DNA of 63,785 bases, the filler included, from Chiloscyllium plagiosum (lineage: Eukaryota), in the NCBI RefSeq assembly GCF_004010195.1. It is 4 parts of one record of this genome, joined end to end, with 100 filler letters (N's around TTAATTAATTAA, not from the genome) between each part and the next. Parts side by side here need not be neighbours in the genome. Positions count along the whole stretch, not along the records: positions 1 to 29,973 come from NC_057715.1; positions 30,074 to 49,273 come from NC_057715.1; 2 more parts are not named here. The stretch is one strand, 5' to 3'. The stretch's first letter is position 1; each line of letters starts with the position of its first letter. The notes beneath the pieces were generated by a model. The model searched no databases. It was not told the DNA's origin and saw only the letters and a list, made by a program, of their open reading frames with translations. Positions 24,260-37,251 of this stretch are shown here, in pieces. Both the position numbers and the translations under genes were made by a program.

Positions 24260-25330
24260 ATCTGCCAGAGCTTTTACCTGCCACCTGCTTCATTCTAAAC
24301 TGTGCCCTCTTTAGGTGCTGTTTAGCTAACTCACCTACTCAACTTAGTGTCTCCCTCACCTCCGATACATAATCTAACTGTGAAATCTCCAACTTTGGTC
24401 ATGACCAAATGTTAACTCAAAGGGAGTAAACTGAGTAGATTCATTTGGGGCATCTCTAATGGCAAGGACTACGAATGGGATACCTTTATCCCAATCATTC
24501 GGGTAATCCTGTCAGTATGCTCTCAACATGGTCTTTAAGATCTGATGCCACATTTCTAAAACTCCCTGGGATTCAGGATGACATGCACTAGATTTAAAGT
24601 GCTGTATACCTAAGCTATCCATAACCTCCTTAAACTGCCTAGCAGTAAAATGTGACCCTTGGTCCAACTGAATCTCTCTGGGTAGCCCATACCGTGTGAA
24701 GAAAGCTATTAAATCCTCTACCACCTTTTTTGCCTTGATACTCCGGAATGATATTGCCTCCAGAAATCAAGTAGACACATCCATTATGGTTAACAAGTAC
24801 TGGTTCCCACTTTTAGTTCTCAGGAGGGGACCTACACAATCAATTATAACCCACGTGAAAGATTCTTCATTGTGGGAATTGGCAACAAAGGTGCTGGTTT
24901 TATTACCGCGTGTGGCCTACCTACCATTTGGCTTGTATGACACATACGGTAAACGTTAACTACATCCTTGTGCATTCCAGGCCAATAAAAATGTTTTTGT
25001 ACCTTAGCCTGGGTCTTTTGTGCCCTAGATGACCTCCTACAGGTAGTTCATGTGCTACCCGTAACACCTCCTGTCTGTATGCTGCCGGCAACACAACCTG
25101 TGCATTTCGGCCCATTTCTCCTCTGCACTAACCTACTGTGGTCTCCATTTCTGTCTGAGGATTCTATCTTTCAGATAATAACCCTCCAGAATATTCGCTG
25201 CCTCCTTTTCAGAGTAAGCATCCACATATATATCTTTTATCATTTTGTCTTGCTGTTGCAGATCTCTTAGCCTTTCAGGACTGAACACTTCTGTCTGACT
25301 CTCTGCCTGTTCAGGTTTTTCCTGCACCAT
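24260..25330 (-). pseudogene. Integrase remnant (Zn-binding HELPVGGHLG, core DQGSHF, HPESQG)
   Basis: ORFs 24512-24724 and 25133-25330; GLPREIQLDQGSHFTARQFKEVMDSLGIQH. Confidence 0.85.
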
Positions 25331-25539
25331 TATGTCAAACAGGGTATCTGCTAACTGAATCTCAACTCATTCATCTTTCTTTTTACTTTTTGATTCGTGC
25401 TGTGACTTGTGATAGTGGGACCCGGTTACCACACAGTCTGGGAAAATACCAGGATATTTCTGTTTTAACTTCTCAGTTTCTTGGTCTTCCTTGGGCTTCT
25501 CCATAACAAGGGATGTCACTCCCACCTTGGATCCTGCTA

Positions 25540-27150
25540 AACCATTCCCAAGAACTGAATTCCTGGAACTGACACTCTGTCAATCACTCCCACTGTAACT
25601 TCCCCAGCCTTAAGTTGGCACACCAACCTTATCTTATATATGGGAATGCTAAATTTCTCTCCATTTTTCCCACAAATTACCACACTCTCAGGTAACAGAT
25701 CAGAAAGAGTGCATATTTGCTCATCCCTTACTATCAGCGACTGGCTATATCCCCGTATCTCTCAAAATTATAACTTCTTGTCCTTCTCCCCCTGTTCTTT
25801 CTGAGTAAACTTTACCCACAGAGTCGAATTCCTTGTAGAGATCAGGTACTAACTTCATACCCAGCCCCTGCCGAGGCTGTGCACTCTCCTGCAGCTCCTT
25901 GGCTCTTCTTGGGCTCTCCTTTATTACCTTCACTAATGCCACTGGCTTAGCTTCTTTTACCACATCTTTTCCCACAACACCTTTCCTTCACAACCAGCAC
26001 TGTGTCTTTACGTGTCCCACCTTCCGGCAGTGAAAACACCTTTTCCCAGTGCCCCTCTGAAACCACCGGCACTGTAATTTTCTGTGTCCCACTCCAGTGA
26101 AATCACCTGAGGCCTTTCACCTCCTTTCCACCCTTCTGGGCTTCTTTTTCATCCTGTGGTAAAATCTTACCAGTGTGTTTGACTCTTGGTTTAGTCGTGT
26201 AGGATCTCCTTTTCTCCCAACTTCTATCCCTCGCAGGATGAAATTCTGCCCAGAAGCTTGTCTTATGTACTCATCTGCTAATTCTGCTGCCCTTCTCATT
26301 TCCTGAACCTTTCTGTTCCTCCACGTGAATTCTTACCATCTCTGGAAATGAGTTTTTAAACTCTTCCAGCTGAAAAATCTCTCTTCGATCCTCAAATGTG
26401 TTACCTATTTTCAAAACACGTACCCATCGATCAAAATGACTATGTCTAATTCTTTCAAACTCAACATTACTCTGACCTGGTTCCTTCTTTGTGTTTCTGA
26501 ACCACTGCCTATATGCTTCTGGTACCAATTGATACCTCACTAGCTCTGCCTACCAATTTAGTCTGAACTACCATTATCCATAAATCCTCAGACCACTCCA
26601 TCTGCCTAGCCAATTTTTCAAATGAAATATAGAAGGCTTCAACATCTTTCTCATCAAAATGTGGCATATATATATCGCTACCTTCTGTTTTAATCTCCAT
26701 CCTGTTAACTTGACTTTGCTGACTAAGTTGCAACTTCTTAAGTTCAAATGATCTCTTTCTCTCTCTTCTCTCTCTCTCTTTCTCTCTCCCTTTCTTCTCT
26801 GTATCTTTGTTAAGCAAAGAGCCATCTCTCTTTTTCCTCTCTCTCCTTCTCTTGTCACTCTCTTTCCCTTTCTCTCTCTCTTTCCTCTCTCTCTCTATCT
26901 TCTAAGTGTGTTATCCTCAATTGTAATTTAAGTTTTTCTGCCTCTACTGCACTTGTCTGTTTCTCTGACACACCTAAGTATTTGAGCAACCCCTTTACAA
27001 TTTCAGCTTTACTTTTGTCTTTTGTTAAACCCAAATCTAACTTATTTGCTAATTCTAAAAGTATGGACATTTTCTTTCCTTATAAACTTTCTTGGCAAAT
27101 TTGAGAATCATGTTCAAATCCAAGAACCTCTTTTGCAATTTTAAGAGTCA
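25540..27150 (-). pseudogene. gag (SCAN-like capsid C-domain, CCHC knuckle) and aspartic protease remnant
   Basis: FYISFEKLARQMEW, LVPEAYRQWFR, CFHCRKVGHVKTQC, VIILRDTG; frameshifted. Confidence 0.85.
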
Positions 27151-28259
27151 TTTTTTCTCACTTTTAATTTAATCAACCACAAGTCACCAAAATTAAACAA
27201 ATTGTCTCATCTGCGTTTTATTTAAATATCTAAGACATTAACTTGCAAGTGTTTAAATCTGCTGGGATCTATTCAAATCTGTCTAAACCAATTCAAATCA
27301 TGGACCCGAGCCCCCAAACCGTTACGACACAGGGTAAACCCTCCTGCTAAATTTAAAACCAGCAACACAGAAAAGATTTATCCCGTGCAGTAATCTGTGA
27401 AAAATCGAGAGGCCAAGAACTATTTAAAGTAAACATTAATAACAATGTTTCTTAAAGTATAACGGAGAATAACTAACTAACAATTATTTACCATTCCTTA
27501 CTTTAACCTATCTGTTACCTTCCCTTCTATAACACTAGTCTGATAAATCTCTCATTTAAGATTTACAAAACAAGACTTTTTATCTCAAAACTAGACAGCT
27601 TTTGGTTTGTGTCTTCAGATCTTCCTGTGTCGTCTTTTCTTCTGGTTAAGAATTTCTGCTTTACAGGTTATTGATCGAAAAGGTGTCTTTTGAAGAGAAT
27701 TATTTTTCAGGTAGTCTGCTTACATGCTAGGTCGTGGCAGTTCTCCTCTCAACTGTTCAATTTTCCCCGTCTTATACTCCAGAGCATCAGATTGTGTCAT
27801 TGGCCATCAAGATTGTCAATATACTCAACTCAAACTTGATTGGAGTTTGATATGTTTTGGGTATAATTTAAACTGATTGGCCAAATTTGAATTTGTTTTT
27901 GTTTCCAAGCAACAAACTAATTGAGTTGTTTGGTCAAGTGTTACATTGTCATTTTTTGAGTACACTTAGTGTTGTGCCCAGTAGTTCTCTGCTTTTAACT
28001 CTCTTAAAGTATACCCACATCTTCATAACAACTACCACTGAGCCAAGGCTGGTTGCTAAAGCTTGATATTGTATTGGCTCCTATCCAGATCATGCAAGTA
28101 TTTTGCCTGTTTTATCTCACTAGTGCTAAAATATAGAACACTGATTTTCTAGTTCTTTTATCTGATTTTAATACCTGGGTCTTTCATGGACTGAAAAGGC
28201 ATCAAAAACGAAAAAAAAAAGACTTTAAAAAAGTCACAATAATTGCCTAACCACAGGCT

Positions 28260-29220
28260 GAGCCAAATTTCATGAAACATCAATAAACAAGAACCAGTCT
28301 GACATAGGAGGCTAACAAAAGAATGGATAGATTAAGTGTATAAGCAAAGATCTGAAAAATAGAGTATAAATGAGAAAATATGAAATTGTCCATTTCAAGA
28401 CTAAAAAAAACTTGAAATGATAAGAGATTGTAGGATTCTGTAATACAGAGAGATCTGGGTATTCTTAACAAAAGGCTTTTTATAGGATCCCTACTGTGTG
28501 GTAACAGGCCATTTATCCCCTCAAGTCCACACTGATCCTGTGAACAGCATTCCACCCAGACTCACCTCCCTATCCTATAACGCCGCATTTGCCATGGCCA
28601 ATCCACCCGAGGCTGCACATCCTCAGACTGTGAGATTAAACTAGGGCACCCAGAGTAAACCCACTCAGATACAGGGAAAATGTACAAACTCCACACAGAC
28701 TGTCACCTGAGGGTGGGATTGAACCCAGGTCTCTGAGGCAGCAGTGCTAACCACTGAGCCACCAGTGTGCAGACTCAGCAAGCAATTAAGAAAGCTAAGA
28801 GAATATTGTTATTGAAATGGAATACAGAACTAGGGAGGTTAATTTTCAGCTTTACAGTGTGATGGTGGAGTACTGTATTCAGTAATTGTCAACTTATTTA
28901 AGGGAAGTTGAAAGTGTTTTGCAATCAGATTAATGAAAGTTTACTAAGCTAATGCCTGGAATGGATGAGTTGTCTTATGAGGAAAGATTGGACAGGGCTA
29001 GGCTTGTATCCCTTGAGGTTCAGAAGAGTAAGATGATTTGATTAAAACATTTAAGATCCTGAGGTGTCTTGAGAGGGTAGATGTGAAAGAGGATGTTTCT
29101 TCTTAAGGAATAGCCTGAAACATCTCAGTGGAAATCCTGAGTTTAGGTTACATAAGCAATATTCTTATTAAATAGCAGATCAGGGTGAAGGAGTTGAAAG
29201 GTTTAGTCTTGCTCTATTTT
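28260..29220 (+). mobile_element. Old CR1 3' part interrupted by a SINE
   Basis: DRLSV..K.WKIEY, RDLG and CR1 C-terminal motifs. Confidence 0.75.
28480..28763 (-). mobile_element. HE1-related SINE
   Basis: ggtggctcagtggttagcactgctgcctca head on minus; tail taggatccctactgtgtgg on plus. Confidence 0.85.
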
Positions 29221-29714
29221 CATATATAAATTAGTCAGGTCTGAAGAAATCTGTATCAATGGTTTGATTTACGCCTTTGTGAGAAATCTCACATAGTGGA
29301 ATTTAAAAAAGAACACATGCAAATGTCCAACTTGAAGACAATAACACAGGTACAGAAATACATGAAAGCTGCATTTCAAGCAATAGCTTTGGCAGAGCTG
29401 AGGCGATGGATTTGTGCCTGGGACAGGAGAAGGTTCTCACTCTCCTCTCTAACAGGAAGGACCACACCTGGTGACAAAACAAATAGGACAACTATCTGAA
29501 AACTGAGAACTCAATGATAACTGCAATATTCACAAGCTGCCACTGATGCATGGTATCCCTAATTAACCATGGTCTCAGGTTAAAAACCCAACACTGAGGA
29601 TTTTAGATTGCAAAGCCTTTTATCTCTTTTTTTCCTGTAGTCGACAATATCCACAATCTAAATCTTTGCTTAGGTTTGTGCATTTATATACGTCAATGCT
29701 ACACCTTTATTATG

Positions 29715-29973
29715 TATCTTGGAATAAAGTTCTTTCTGGGGAAGGTGGGACCTCTATAAACAGGATGGTCTGCACCTGAACCTGAGGGGTACCAGTATCC
29801 TTGGTGGGAGGTTTGCTAGTGCTCTTGGGGGGGTTTAAACTAACTCTGCAGGGGCATGGGAACCCAGACTGTAGCTTTAGGGTGCAGGACCTGGAGTGTA
29901 GGGAGGTTAGGAACATGGCATCAATTTCAAAGGAGGGTGCCTGTAAACAGGAAAGTGGATTGAAGTGTGTATA
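29715..29973 (+). mobile_element. CR1 ORF1 esterase C-terminus and ORF2 start
   Basis: SFWGRWDLYKQDGLHLNLRGTSILGGRFA contains the SGNH/GDSL DGLHLN motif; followed by GLKCV; ends at a gap. Confidence 0.85.
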
Positions 29974-30073
29974 NNNNNNNNNNNNNNNNNNNNNNNNNNN
30001 NNNNNNNNNNNNNNNNNTTAATTAATTAANNNNNNNNNNNNNNNNNNNNNNNNNNNNNNNNNNNNNNNNNNNN
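29974..30073. other. Scaffold gap with TTAATTAATTAA spacer
   Basis: N44-TTAATTAATTAA-N44; same structure at 49274-49373 and 59707-59806. Confidence 1.
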
Positions 30074-30118
30074 AATTCAATTCAATTCAATTCAATTCAA
30101 TCAATGCAATTCAATTCA
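30074..30118 (+). repeat. (AATTC)n microsatellite
   Basis: Direct reading. Confidence 0.9.
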
Positions 30119-30933
30119 TTAGGACCAGATGGCAGCTAACTTTGTAACATTGCTCAACATTATGAATCTTGCTTTTTGCGTTAAAAATGAATGAAAAATA
30201 ATCAAATTAGGTTTAGAAGTTTATAGATGATACAAAATTATATTTTTGGTTAATATTGAAGGAAAAGCTATGGACGGTCATAAGATATCAATGGACTGAT
30301 CAAAGTGGTAAATGAAGTTCAATCCAAAGAGCTCTGAGATACTGCATGTTGGGGTGATAAATAAGCCAAAAGAACACACACAATAGGTAAGGTATTGATG
30401 ACAATGAGAGCAGATTGGTCTGATTTGTGATATGATAAATGAAGGGAGTAAAGAACTTTTGCTAAATTTTGAAGTAATTTTATCATTTCTCCTTTCATAG
30501 AGAAACAGGAAATATTTTTTTTAAATGAATTATTTCACACTGCAATTAATCTTCCAAAATCAAAACAATTTTCCTTGGAATGGCACTGTTCTAAGTTGCC
30601 CTTTCCTATGAATTTGTTAGCAGGTTATTAATTACAATAAAGGCCAGCTCTTTCTGATCTGATTGGCTTAGCTACTTAATTTACGATCTTACTGAGCCCA
30701 GAGGTCAATCTAACCTTTAACTTCCTGACAACTTGATGTAAAGCAAAAAAGAGACCTCCCCTTGCTGTTAATAGTCCATTTCCTGCTAATGTCTTTCTTC
30801 ATCATTCAGTTCATGTCATTTGCAGTGTGCATCTTAAAGGTACAAAATATCACTTCCTGGTAGTATACCATCAAAAATGAAAGCAGCAGCAGCTTTAGAA
30901 AAGCAGTGTTCCTTGACAAGCAGCAGGTGTCCC

Positions 30934-31066
30934 ACTCCTGATGAAGGGCTTTTGCCCGAAATGTCGATTTCCCTGCTCCTCGGATGCTGCCTGACCTGCT
31001 GTGCTTTTCCAGCACCACTCTAATCTTGACTCTGGTTTCCAGCATCTGCAGTCTTTGCTTTTACCT
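30934..31066 (+). mobile_element. Penelope pLTR with hammerhead motif (30934-30969) and 3' tail
   Basis: ACUC-CUGAUGA-A-GGGC-UUUU-GCCC-GAAAU-GUC-GAUU; tail tttccagcatctgcagtc. Confidence 0.85.
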
Positions 31067-32152
31067 AGGTCTTCCATTCTCCCTAACACTGAAACAATAG
31101 CATGGCAGTGCTCCTTACATCTGTTGACATAATGATTCTCCATTCACGGGAGAATGGCAATTAATGACCTATCAAAATCTTTATAAACTGTTGGCTTGCA
31201 AATTGGATGTGACATTGTTTCAATGTGTAATTAAATTAAGGCAAGACAATCATTCACTTGTCATTTCATATTGAGGAAGGCAGCCTCATTTTTGCAGTAA
31301 ATTCTTTGACTAATCTTGCTCAAAATAAAGGTCTGTGAATTGCATGGTGGATCCAACAGACTTGGAATATTGATTTATAGACAAGACTTCCTGAGCTTGT
31401 ATTTATATTTTATATCTACAATGTTATTGGCCTCATTTTAGCAACTATCTTTTTGGGATTTTTTGCAAAATCCTTTCTAAAGCCGATGATTCAGACTTAT
31501 TGCATGTCTAGTTTACGAGGTTGTAGAGTTTCTTTTAAAGCTTTTATACCACTTTTTTTTTCTGATTATGGCAAAATTACATTTAGTTAGATTTATTGGA
31601 ATTCAGTAGATCAAAGTGAGATATATATTGATCATTTAGGTTAGGCATGGCACATTGTATTTATAACATACATAATAAATGTTTCTCTAAAACTCCTCTA
31701 TAACTTAGATCAATGGTCAATGAACAGTTTTAGTCTTGGACCAAACCCAAGAATGATTCAAGCATCATCAAAAAAAAACAAATAGCTGTGACTTGGTCCT
31801 AAAATGAAATGCCCTCCCTCTTTTCAGATAGACAAAATAATTTCTGGATAAATATATCTACAGGTATAGTAGAAACAATTTCTCTGAGTTAACCAATATT
31901 ACCACATTGAATCCTAAATTATCAATTCTCAACTATTACTTGTTTACTTTGGGTCCTCAAAGAATTAATTGTGAGACAACACTTTCAGTAAGTACTTAAG
32001 AATATTTATTACAAGAATCAATGCTGGATTACATTATAATAATTACAGTATCATGGAATGAGGATCGTTAAAGATAGTCATTTGTTTATGGTAACTGAAC
32101 TACATGACAGTAAATATTCATTAATGTCACAAGGAGTGTAGGCAATATGATT

Positions 32153-32425
32153 TGGAGACACCGGTGTTGGACTGGGGTGTACAAAGTTAAAAATCTCACA
32201 ACACCAGTTGTAGTCCAATAGGTTTATTTGGAAGTACTAGCTTTCGGAGTGCTGCTCCTTCATCAGGTGGCTGTGGAGAATAAAATCATAATGCACAGAA
32301 TTTATAGAAAAGGTTTACAGAGTGATGCAACTGAAATGATATATTGAAAAAGACCTGGACTGTTTGTTAAGTCTCTGATCTTTTTGAATGACCATATTGG
32401 TTTCAGTTCTTTTGTATGTAAACTC
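32153..32425 (-). mobile_element. Penelope pLTR, family 2
   Basis: aataaacctattggactacaactggtgttgtgagatttttaac on minus; hammerhead at 32235-32269. Confidence 0.8.
32235..32269 (-). ncRNA. Minimal hammerhead ribozyme motif (family 2)
   Basis: CAC-CUGAUGA-A-GGAG-CAGCA-CUCC-GAAAG-CUA|GUA; palindromic AGCU helix III. Confidence 0.65.
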
Positions 32426-32779
32426 TGGGATTTAATAAATAACTATGAAAGATAATTGCACTCATGTCCACTATGGCTTTTTCGTAGCTAAGTGGGTTTT
32501 GTCCCAATTTTTCCTGATGAATATTATAAGAATACATTCTAGTGGACCTAACTCTGTGAGTAATCAAAGCATGTCTGTGCTCTTTTTATTTTTTGAACAA
32601 CATTCCGTTCAGTAATCTTCTGTCAATCTGATGCCTTAAAAAAGTTAATTGACTGAATTTTATTGAACCCCGTAATGACCATATTTCCATTAAAAAGTTT
32701 GGGCAAGACAACAGTCTTGATAGTTTACACAATAGCAATTTGATGTTGGAAGTACAGACAGATGTCAGCATCAATCAAT

Positions 32780-34170
32780 GTACAAATTTAAAAATAACAA
32801 TAAAAGTCAAATCAAAATTTACCATCATTTACCTTGCTTGACTCCAAAAATGGTTACTTGAATGTGAAACTTGACAAGGAATCTGCACCACAATCAGCAT
32901 TCAGCACACCCTTTGGATGGTACAAAAATGCTAACCTCTGAAACTGAGGATGTCTTTTAGCAGAAAATAGATGAGACATATAACAATTGCAAAAGGAATA
33001 ATGGGCATATCTAGTGATGTCCAGACCTAGGCATTGAGGCAAAAGACTATAACTGCAATCTACATGAACGCATTATGAAAAACAAAAATGTTAAGATCAG
33101 GGCAAACAGAGAAAAATACATTGTGAAAGTAAGACAATGTTACTGCTTCAGAATAAAGTCCACACTTGATGAAATCAAATGAGTCTTGAAACAATCAGAA
33201 TTATCACTCAGATGAAAGTTACTGAGAGACATGAAATAGCTGTGAACATCCTCAGCTTGAAGTATTAAAGTATAGGGCAAACCTCTGAGAGCTGCTGAAT
33301 ACGTTAAATATCAGTGATCAGAGTCATAAGAAAGAATTTCAACAAACTCCAAGAAATAGTGTTGAGAGGGTTTGCTTGTGGTGAAGTGGCAGTGCCCCTA
33401 TCTCTGGACTGAGAGATATAGGTTTAGGTCCCAGCTATTCCAGAAGTGTGTATTAACATCACTGAAGAGGTTGATTAGAAAAATAAGCTAAATTTAAAAA
33501 AAGTGTTGATTTTCGGGATTCATGATCATACTTACATAATACAAGCAGTCAACGATTTGTAAATAATTCTCTGGTAGTCTATTTTATTGTTAAGAGACAG
33601 CAGTTCAGATGTGGGATGTGGAAGCACTGATAGCGGAGGAAAAACATGCTGTTCAGATGGTCAAGAGGACCTTTATCACTTGATGAGCAATAACGTTGAA
33701 TACAAACTTTGCTCAGCTATGTGTCTCGGGATTGACATGAAACTACCTGTAAAACTATCGAACAGCAGAAAATAAACGGTGACTCACCCAAGGAGAGTGT
33801 ATCCTCCAACTGAACAAGACAAAGTACAAAACCAACCCATTGATGCACAGGAATGGAAGGAAGTCAATGCCAGAACAAATAAGAAAGATCTTTTTCTGAG
33901 CTGTTAACAGGACAAACTATACACATACAGGTTCCAACCCTGAAAAGCTGGAACCCAGCAAAGCTATTGGTAAAGATTAGACTCCAGGACTTAAGTCATT
34001 GACATTGAAACTTGCCAGCAAAGTAGGTGAAAATGAATAGAATGGATGTGAGACTGATGCTGGAATTGGTAAAACCGTCAACAATAAAATATCAACAAGT
34101 GAGACAACTCACCTAATGCCAAGAACAAAGCATACATCAGCAAGACGCATTCATTTTGGAGAATGGTGAC
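32780..34170 (+). mobile_element. Decayed Gypsy pol remnant
   Basis: LDSKNGYLNVKLDKESAPQSAFSTPFGWY resembles Gypsy RT (LD...GYW.V.L......TF.TPFGRY). Confidence 0.7.
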
Positions 34171-34404
34171 TGAAAAATCTACTTAACAGAGGCACAAGAT
34201 TGCACCATCTGGGTGATCGTATGAATAATATTTTGAAAAGAAAGAAAGAAAACATGAACTTATTCCAAAATAAATGTTTATTGAACGTTTAATCTCTGGT
34301 GTTTCTTACCAAGACTTCAAGTGTTTGATTGCAGTTTTTTCATAACAGTTGAGCCGACAAAACAAAAGGAATAATAGTGTATTAGCATGTAAAGGTAAAA
34401 AGGT

Positions 34405-34775
34405 TTTTTTATTCACTCATGGGATATGGGTATCTCTGACTACACCAGCATTTAGTGTCCGTCCCTAATTCCCCAGAGGGCAGTTAGAAGTCAATCACAT
34501 TGCTGTCTGTCTGGAGTCATGCGTAGGCCAGACAAGGTTACATGTAAGGATGACAGTTTACTTCCCCAAAGAGCATTAATGAGCCAGATGGTCTTCTGTC
34601 CTGACAATCAACAATGGTTTTGTGGTCATCATTAGACCCTTAACTGCAGATTATTTTGTTGAATTCAGATTCGACCATCTGCCATGATGGAATTTGAATC
34701 TGGGTCCACAGAATGAGAGCTGTGTTTCTGGATTAAAAGTCTTGGGAGAATACTACCAGGCTATTTCCTCCCCAA
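34405..34775 (-). mobile_element. Older tRNA-derived SINE (second family)
   Basis: tRNA-like head with B box (gattcaaattcc on minus); body shared with 51073-51400, 55548-55800 and 62695-63315. Confidence 0.7.
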
Positions 34776-34854
34776 AATTGAAATGGTTATTTTGATATAA
34801 AGAGGCATTACAATTTTTTGAGAAACAGAGAAGTTATTAAAGTTGTTAAGTTTT

Positions 34855-35980
34855 TAAAAGTGAGCCAGTGGCTGTAAATGTATTTGGATTTCAATAAGGT
34901 GCTGCACATAATGCTACTTAATTAAAGCACATGGTGTTATAGATATTATAATAGCATGGATCAAGGATTGGCTAATTAATAGAAGATATAGAGGTGAGAT
35001 AAAAGAGCATTTTCAGGATGGCCAACTGTAACTAGTAGAGTAACACAGGAATTAGTGGAGGGGCGACAATTATCAACAATAAATCGATAATTTCGACGAG
35101 GGAAATGGATATACTATTGTCACATTTGCAAATGACAGAAAACCAGTTGGGAAACCAAGTGATGAGAATGACACAAGGAATCCACAGAGGGATATAGATA
35201 GATTAAGTGAATGGGAAAAGTCTTAGCAGATGGAATATAATGTGGGAAGATATGCAGCTAGACTCGATGGCAAGAAAGATAGAGGAGTTGGATATTATTT
35301 AATTAACGAAAGGCTGAGAAAGCTACAGCACAGAGGAGTTTGAGAGTTTTGATGCATTAATCACAAAATGCTTGCATCCAAGTTCAGCAGGTAATAGAAA
35401 GGCAGATGGAAAGTTGGCTTTTATTTTAAAGTGAATGGAATATAAAAATAAGAAGGTCTTCTTAGAACTACACAAGGCATGAGTCAGACCACACCTAGAA
35501 TACTGTCAACTGTTTTGGTTCCCTTAACGAGGGATGATGACATTGGAGACAGTGCAGAGAATGCTCACTGGGTTGATGCTGTGTGCTGGAGGGATTTTAT
35601 TATGATGTGAGGTTGAGCAGATTGGGCATGTATTCATTGAAGTTCAGAAGAACGAGAGGAGAACGTCTTGAAACATTTAAGATATTATGGGGCTTTGCTA
35701 GGCCAATGGTGGGGATGTTATTTTCCTCCTTGTGGAAGAGTCCAGGACTGTAGAACATAATGTTAGAGTAAGGAGTCACCCAGTTAGGACAGAGATGAGG
35801 AGGAATGATTTTTTTTGAGTGTTGTTAATCTGTGTAACTTGATATCACAGAAGGCTATTAAGAGTGAGTCATTAAGCATATTTAAGCCTAAACTAGACAT
35901 TTTTTAAATTAATAAGGGAATTTATGGAGATAAAGCAGAAAAGTGGAATTGAGAATGATCAGGTCAGCAATGGTCTTATT
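34855..35980 (+). mobile_element. Old CR1 RT and 3'UTR
   Basis: YLDFNK, WIKDWL, TFANDRK, LQRDIDRLSEW-type motifs. Confidence 0.85.
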
Positions 35981-36684
35981 GTTTTGAGTGCAAACATGGC
36001 AGTTTGTTCAACACTAAGATCTTACTGAAGTGAAGTTTAAAGTATCTGCCTACAGGGTATGTGGCTTATGATAGAGGTCACATGAGTATGGCAGCCCTTG
36101 TTAGACATTTGTACGTGACTACAATTCAATCCAGACATCTGCCCTTTAATATAAAAATGGAAACAAAAAGGCATGCGTTATGATGAACATTTTCAGTTAC
36201 CAATTATATACACCATTGTCCTTCTATCTTTATGTTTAATTATTTCCATCAGTCTCTGTACATGTACACATTGCATATATAGTTTTTTAAATTGTGCTAC
36301 CTTTTAATGGTCCATTTGCATGTTGTTGTCATTTACTGTTAATCAGAGTGATGTTGTTGCACTGGGAGTGTCACTCCTGTGTCAATTGTTGTTGCCATTA
36401 TGTTCTATTTCTGTTGTTGGGCTACTGCTGTCCCCTCAGTCTGAATGTTAACACATGATTTGTGGAGGTGGTATGGACACCTATTCCTGATCAGCCAACT
36501 GCAGTTTATGAACAGATTTTGCAGTTGGTGTATGTAGCCGTGGTTGCAACACTATAGCTGGTTGTTCACTTCCATCCTATACAAACAAGGTGATAACTGC
36601 TCCATGTAGATCCCAAGTTGCCAACTGGGGCTTTACCAGACCGGTCCTGCAATAATCTTCCCTGACAATGGCTGGGCAGTCTGA

Positions 36685-36944
36685 AGATCATAAAACATAG
36701 GAGCAGAAATTAGGCCATTCAGCCCATCAAGTCTGTTCCACCATTCAATCATGGCTGATAAGTGTCTCAACCCCATTCTCTTGCTTTATCCTCATAATGC
36801 TTAATCCTCTTGATAATCAAGAACCTATCTATCTCCTTTTTAAATATACTCAATGGCATGGCCTCCACAGCCTTCTGTGGCAGTGAATTCAATAGATTCA
36901 ACAATGTCTGGCTGAAGAAGTCTCTCCTTATCTCTTTTCTGAAA
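36685..36944 (-). mobile_element. CR1 3' fragment
   Basis: RRDFFSQTLLNLLNSLPQKAVEA plus 3'UTR. Confidence 0.85.
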
Positions 36945-37251
36945 GGTCTTGTCGAATTGAAATTTGACTTTCTGTCGTTTGTCCTTGATTTTCTCACCCA
37001 TCCCTTTTAATACTTTTGACTTCAGTAGCTGTTTGTTATTGGAAAAGCGGCTTGTAGATTTGATTTGATTTGATTTATTGATGGTCACATATATTTTGGG
37101 ATAAAATGCAGTGCAAAGTATTGTAAAGTGTCACCATTCTCTAATGCCATCTTAAACCACAGAAAAATAAGCCAAAACAAAGAACATACAGGCAAAAGAA
37201 TAAAATAATAAAGGAAAAGTGTTCAGTTTTCCAAGTGCTTCTTCTTATGTG

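Larger units (their letters stand above)
23082..28030 (-). mobile_element. Gmr1-like Ty3/Gypsy LTR retrotransposon (gag-PR-IN; RT/RNaseH absent), decayed
   Basis: LTRs 27320-28030 (5') and 23082-24075 (3'); PBS TGGGGGCTCG (tRNA-Pro-like) at ~27307-27316; PPT aaggggggagg 24076-24086; only imperfect TSD actg/acta. Confidence 0.9.

Noticed and set aside
26574..27070. Arg/Glu-rich coiled-coil ORFs
   Set aside because: GA-rich low-complexity region of the Gmr1-like gag, not a separate gene
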